This document shows positions 63,128 through 64,000 of a stretch of DNA of 64,000 nucleotides, piece by piece (the first letter of the stretch is position 1; the number at the start of each line of letters is the position of its first letter). The notes beneath the pieces are model-generated. The model did not search any database and had not been told where the DNA came from. It saw only the letters and a list, made by a program, of their open reading frames with translations. The translations under genes and the position numbers were made by a program. Source of the stretch: Gammaproteobacteria bacterium (GTDB lineage Bacteria > Pseudomonadota > Gammaproteobacteria > Natronospirales > REEB76); NCBI GenBank assembly GCA_049591455.1, contig JBAWFA010000004.1, positions 287,135-351,134 on the forward strand, given 5' to 3'.

Positions 63128-64000
63128 ATGACCCGAAGCACCATCTTGTTCGCTCTTCTGTGCGCCTGCAGCCTCGGCGGCTGCGCGACGCTTGCTCACA
63201 AACTCCCGGCAAGCGCCGCGGCTGTCACGGCGCCATCGGCCACTTCCACCACTGCAGCTCCTGCCGCGGCCACCACCAGCACATCCGTCACTGCCGATAC
63301 TGCAACGCCCATCCCGGATCTGAACGACACCTCGCCGCAAATTCAGTGGGAAGACCTGACCATCGCACCGGCGGAAATAAAATACGACAATCTCTGGGAT
63401 TATCTCGGCCAGCATTTCACCCTCTCCACCACTGATGGCGACGGCCGCGTGCAGGGCGAACTCAACTGGTTCGCTGATCACGGAGCCTATCTGCAGCGCG
63501 TGGCCAACCGCGCACGTCCCTATCTTTATTACATCGTGCAGCAGGTACAGGCACGCAAAATGCCGCTGGATATTGCGCTGCTGCCGGTAGTCGAAAGCGC
63601 TTTTGATCCCTTCGCCTATTCCAACGGCCGTGCCGCCGGACTGTGGCAATTCATTTCAGGCACCGGCCGCCGCTGGGATCTGAAACAGGATTGGTGGTAC
63701 GACGGCCGCCGCGATATCGTCGCGTCCACGCGCGCGGCACTGGATTATCTGCAATACCTGCACGACCAGTTCAACGGCGACTGGCTGCTGGCGCTCGCCG
63801 CCTACAATGCGGGCGGCGGCACTGTAAGCCGCGCCATCGAGCGCAACCAGCGCCGCGGACTGCCCACGGATTTCTGGCATCTGGATCTGCCAGCGGAAAC
63901 CCGCGCCTATGTTCCGCGGCTGCTCGCCATCTGCCAGTTGGTGGCCACCCAGGGTCATTACGGTGTAGATTTGCCAGCCATCCCCAACAAGCCGTATCTT
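63128..64000 (+). CDS. mltD: Membrane-bound lytic murein transglycosylase D-like lipoprotein (partial, runs off window)
   Basis: My translation from ATG 63128 gives MTRSTILFALLCACSLGGC (lipobox) ...LLPVVESAFDPFAYSNGRAAGLWQF..AAYNAGGGTV (SLT motifs). The frame stays open to the window end, so it is absent from the track. Confidence 0.85.
   Translation, partial: MTRSTILFALLCACSLGGCATLAHKLPASAAAVTAPSATSTTAAPAAATTSTSVTADTATPIPDLNDTSPQIQWEDLTIAPAEIKYDNLWDYLGQHFTLSTTDGDGRVQGELNWFADHGAYLQRVANRARPYLYYIVQQVQARKMPLDIALLPVVESAFDPFAYSNGRAAGLWQFISGTGRRWDLKQDWWYDGRRDIVASTRAALDYLQYLHDQFNGDWLLALAAYNAGGGTVSRAIERNQRRGLPTDFWHLDLPAETRAYVPRLLAICQLVATQGHYGVDLPAIPNKPYL

Overview
This is a high-GC proteobacterial chromosome segment. 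The species cannot be named from the sequence alone. All calls come from reading the supplied translations, my own translation of untracked frames, and motif recognition. No database search was run.

The window has three parts.

(1) 1-22.4 kb is host core DNA, entirely on the minus strand. It carries kdpB (partial), kdpA and kdpF, a TonB-dependent receptor with a DUF2946-like partner, mgtA, an M16 zinc peptidase, a DUF1501/DUF1800 pair, metH-metF, a DedA protein and kup.

(2) 22,446-55,057 is a ~32.6 kb HK97/GTA-like siphovirus prophage. It is inserted at the 3' end of tRNA-Glu and flanked by a 14-bp direct repeat. It contains:
- a large serine recombinase
- a CI/Cro switch
- an O-like replication gene with internal iterons
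- VRR-NUC, SLT and HNH genes, and terS/terL
- portal, protease and major capsid genes
- connector proteins and two paralogous tube proteins
- a G/GT chaperone pair with an A_AAA_AAC -1 slippery site
- a tape measure and GTA-like distal tail genes
- a 1069-aa tail fibre
- a lysis/accessory block with an overlapped spanin pair

(3) 55-64 kb is host DNA: tRNA-Glu, tRNA-Ala, gltX, an RCK-type K+ channel, an outer-membrane barrel, nhaB, dnaQ, rnhA, a methyltransferase, gloB and mltD (partial).

The most interesting observations are:
- a Hint / bacterial-intein-like autoprocessing domain at the extreme C-terminus of the tail fibre
- an integrase ORF that reads across the att core into the tRNA, so its C-terminus differs between integrated and excised states, and whose zinc-ribbon segment has no cysteines
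- a double zinc-ribbon protein built from 7.3 near-identical 45-bp tandem repeats next to the integrase
- a lysis region with no canonical muramidase but a DUF5675-like His/Cys protein
- a SAM-II-like pseudoknot candidate in the metF leader
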